From NCBI RefSeq assembly GCF_048593235.1, contig NC_133617.1, positions 633,372,958 to 633,436,957 on the forward strand: DNA of 64,000 nucleotides, in the 5' to 3' direction. Source of the DNA: Sminthopsis crassicaudata (taxonomy: Eukaryota). Below are positions 62,151 through 64,000 of the stretch, one piece after another (the stretch's first letter is position 1; every line of letters begins with the position of its first letter). The position numbers and the translations under genes were made by a program. Under the pieces are notes generated by a model. It saw only the letters and a list, made by a program, of their open reading frames with translations. It was not told where the DNA came from and searched no databases.

Positions 62151-63499
62151 GTATAACTTAGAGAATAATTAATGAATTAATTCACACCAACCAATACTTC
62201 CAGGAGAGTAACAGCTCAGAAACAAATATGAGAACCACCAGTGTTCAGGAAATAACTTCTCTCTTCTCCCCAGGTACCCATCTCATTGTTATAGCCTGTA
62301 GCAGCTGGGCATCATTCCTCTAAATTTAAATGCCAGAGCAGTTTGACCAGAGAAGATACATCCAGTTAATACCCACCATAGGAACAAAGAATCGCTGAAA
62401 AGTGGGATGAAAAATACAGCCAGCTTTATTATTTTTTCCCTCCTCATTTCTTGAAGATCAAAAGCATGACTCTAGGCCGCCATTGAAACACTCCAGCCTG
62501 CCACCTCCCCCATTGGAGAGCACCAAACCAATTCCCTGATTTTTCATGTCCTTACAACAGACGGCAATGATGTAACAACTCCAATAAACAGGAGTGTCTG
62601 CCTGTACTAGCTCTCCAATCACTTTCAAAGTGTGTTTTGTTGTTTCTCATTGACCACACTCAAAGGAACTGGTCACTCGTAGTCTCAAAAGTTTTACAAC
62701 AAATTGTGTGATTAAATTCCTTAAACACTTCTGTCCATTACTAATCCTCTTTTGCCAACATCCCTTTCAGGAAAAATTGTTGCACTGCACGGTGCCTGAT
62801 TTATATTTCATTTTGAGAACAGGAAGTAAAGGGATTAAAGTTAAGGATTAAAACACTTACTCTTTACTGCATTTTTTCTGCAGAATGGTTTTCTGGTTGT
62901 CATGGCTACTGCTCACTGACCCTTAGCCTTTGAAGGCATTTCTCTTTGCATTAATAAAATATTTTAAATGAGACTCCATAGAAAACAATAGAGGAAATAG
63001 CCTTAAGTTCAATTGCTCTCAAAAGAAGAAACCAGAGTTTTTTTTTTTATCTTTTTTTTTTTTTTTTTTTTTTTTTTGCATCCTTAGGAGTGAAACTTAA
63101 ACTAAAAGATTGGCAGGCACAATCTAAGACTAGAAGCTGCAGGACAGAAATTATTCAGTCGTGACACAATAGGTTTATGGAATGGTTACTTCATTTCCAT
63201 TGTATAAAACTGATGTTTGGAGAAAATTGCCAGTTGGCAGGGGATTTCTCGAATGTTGCAACACTGCAGAATGTACTCAATGCAAAAAATGCACATAAAC
63301 AGAGTGTTGAAATTCCAAATGAAAAATTCTGTCTCCAAAGTGAAAAACAGTGGTTTTCATAATAATTCTAACTTACATCATGTGCAACAAGTTATGTTTT
63401 TTTTTTGTTTGTTTGCTTTTTTAAGCTCTAGATTTGGAGGATTTGGGTTTGAATTCTGACTATGTTCTTGAGGTTCAGTTAAATTTTATTTACAAATAT

Positions 63500-63875
63500 T
63501 TGTTAGTCATCATCATTCCACTTTGCCTTTCTCCTTGCTCTAAAATGTTCCCTGCATATTTCTGTTTCAAATAATACTTTTCTTCCTTTAAGATGAGCCT
63601 CAGACACCATCTTTTTCATGAAGCTTTTATTGATCCATCCATCACTAGTGCCCGCTTACCCAAACTATCTTGTACTTGACTACTTTTTTCTATATTAATT
63701 TTATATTTATGGTGTATAATGGTATATATATTTTCATATCTTTGTTTATCCAATTAGAATACAAACTCCTTGTGAATAGGGATCTTGCCCTTCTTTATGC
63801 TTCCATCCCTAGAGCTTAGCTCAGTGTTTAATACAAAATAAGTGCTTAATTAATATTTTTTGTTTGACTGATAAG
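63500..63875 (+). mobile_element. L2 3' end
   Basis: ttagaatacaaactccttgtgaatagggat..gcttagctcagtg..taagtgcttaattaat..gactgat. Confidence 0.85.
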
Positions 63876-64000
63876 CATTTGTCATGTGTTTGTAGTCTAT
63901 CTACTTAACTGAACTCTTTTAAACTGTGAAAAATTGCTTTTTATGATGAGAATATTTGTGTGGAGGAATATTGTTTGAGACAAGAGGGTAAATAGCAAAT

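Overview
AT-rich eukaryotic genomic DNA with four assembly gaps, not a prokaryotic window: there are no operons, rRNA, true tRNA genes or CRISPR arrays. The repeat complement is WSINE1-type and MAR1-type SINEs, MIR/MIR3, L2, L3/CR1 and marsupial-type L1. This indicates a marsupial, most likely an Australian dasyurid such as Sarcophilus (inference from recalled repeat consensuses, not a database search). The window looks like intronic sequence of a large gene. There is one strong coding-like internal exon on the minus strand (32315-32456), which I could not assign to a gene. The rest is layered transposon archaeology: a full-length but disrupted L1 with a 15-bp TSD, nested in an older L1 that itself splits an L2; an approximately 4.8 kb L3/CR1 relic that seems to keep an ORF1 remnant; a split Tigger transposase relic; a solo ERV LTR; hAT-type MITEs; and many SINEs. 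Nearly all listed ORFs are chance, gap artefacts or L1-derived. I found no convincing novel biological system. Repeat boundaries are by-eye estimates unless TSDs are given.
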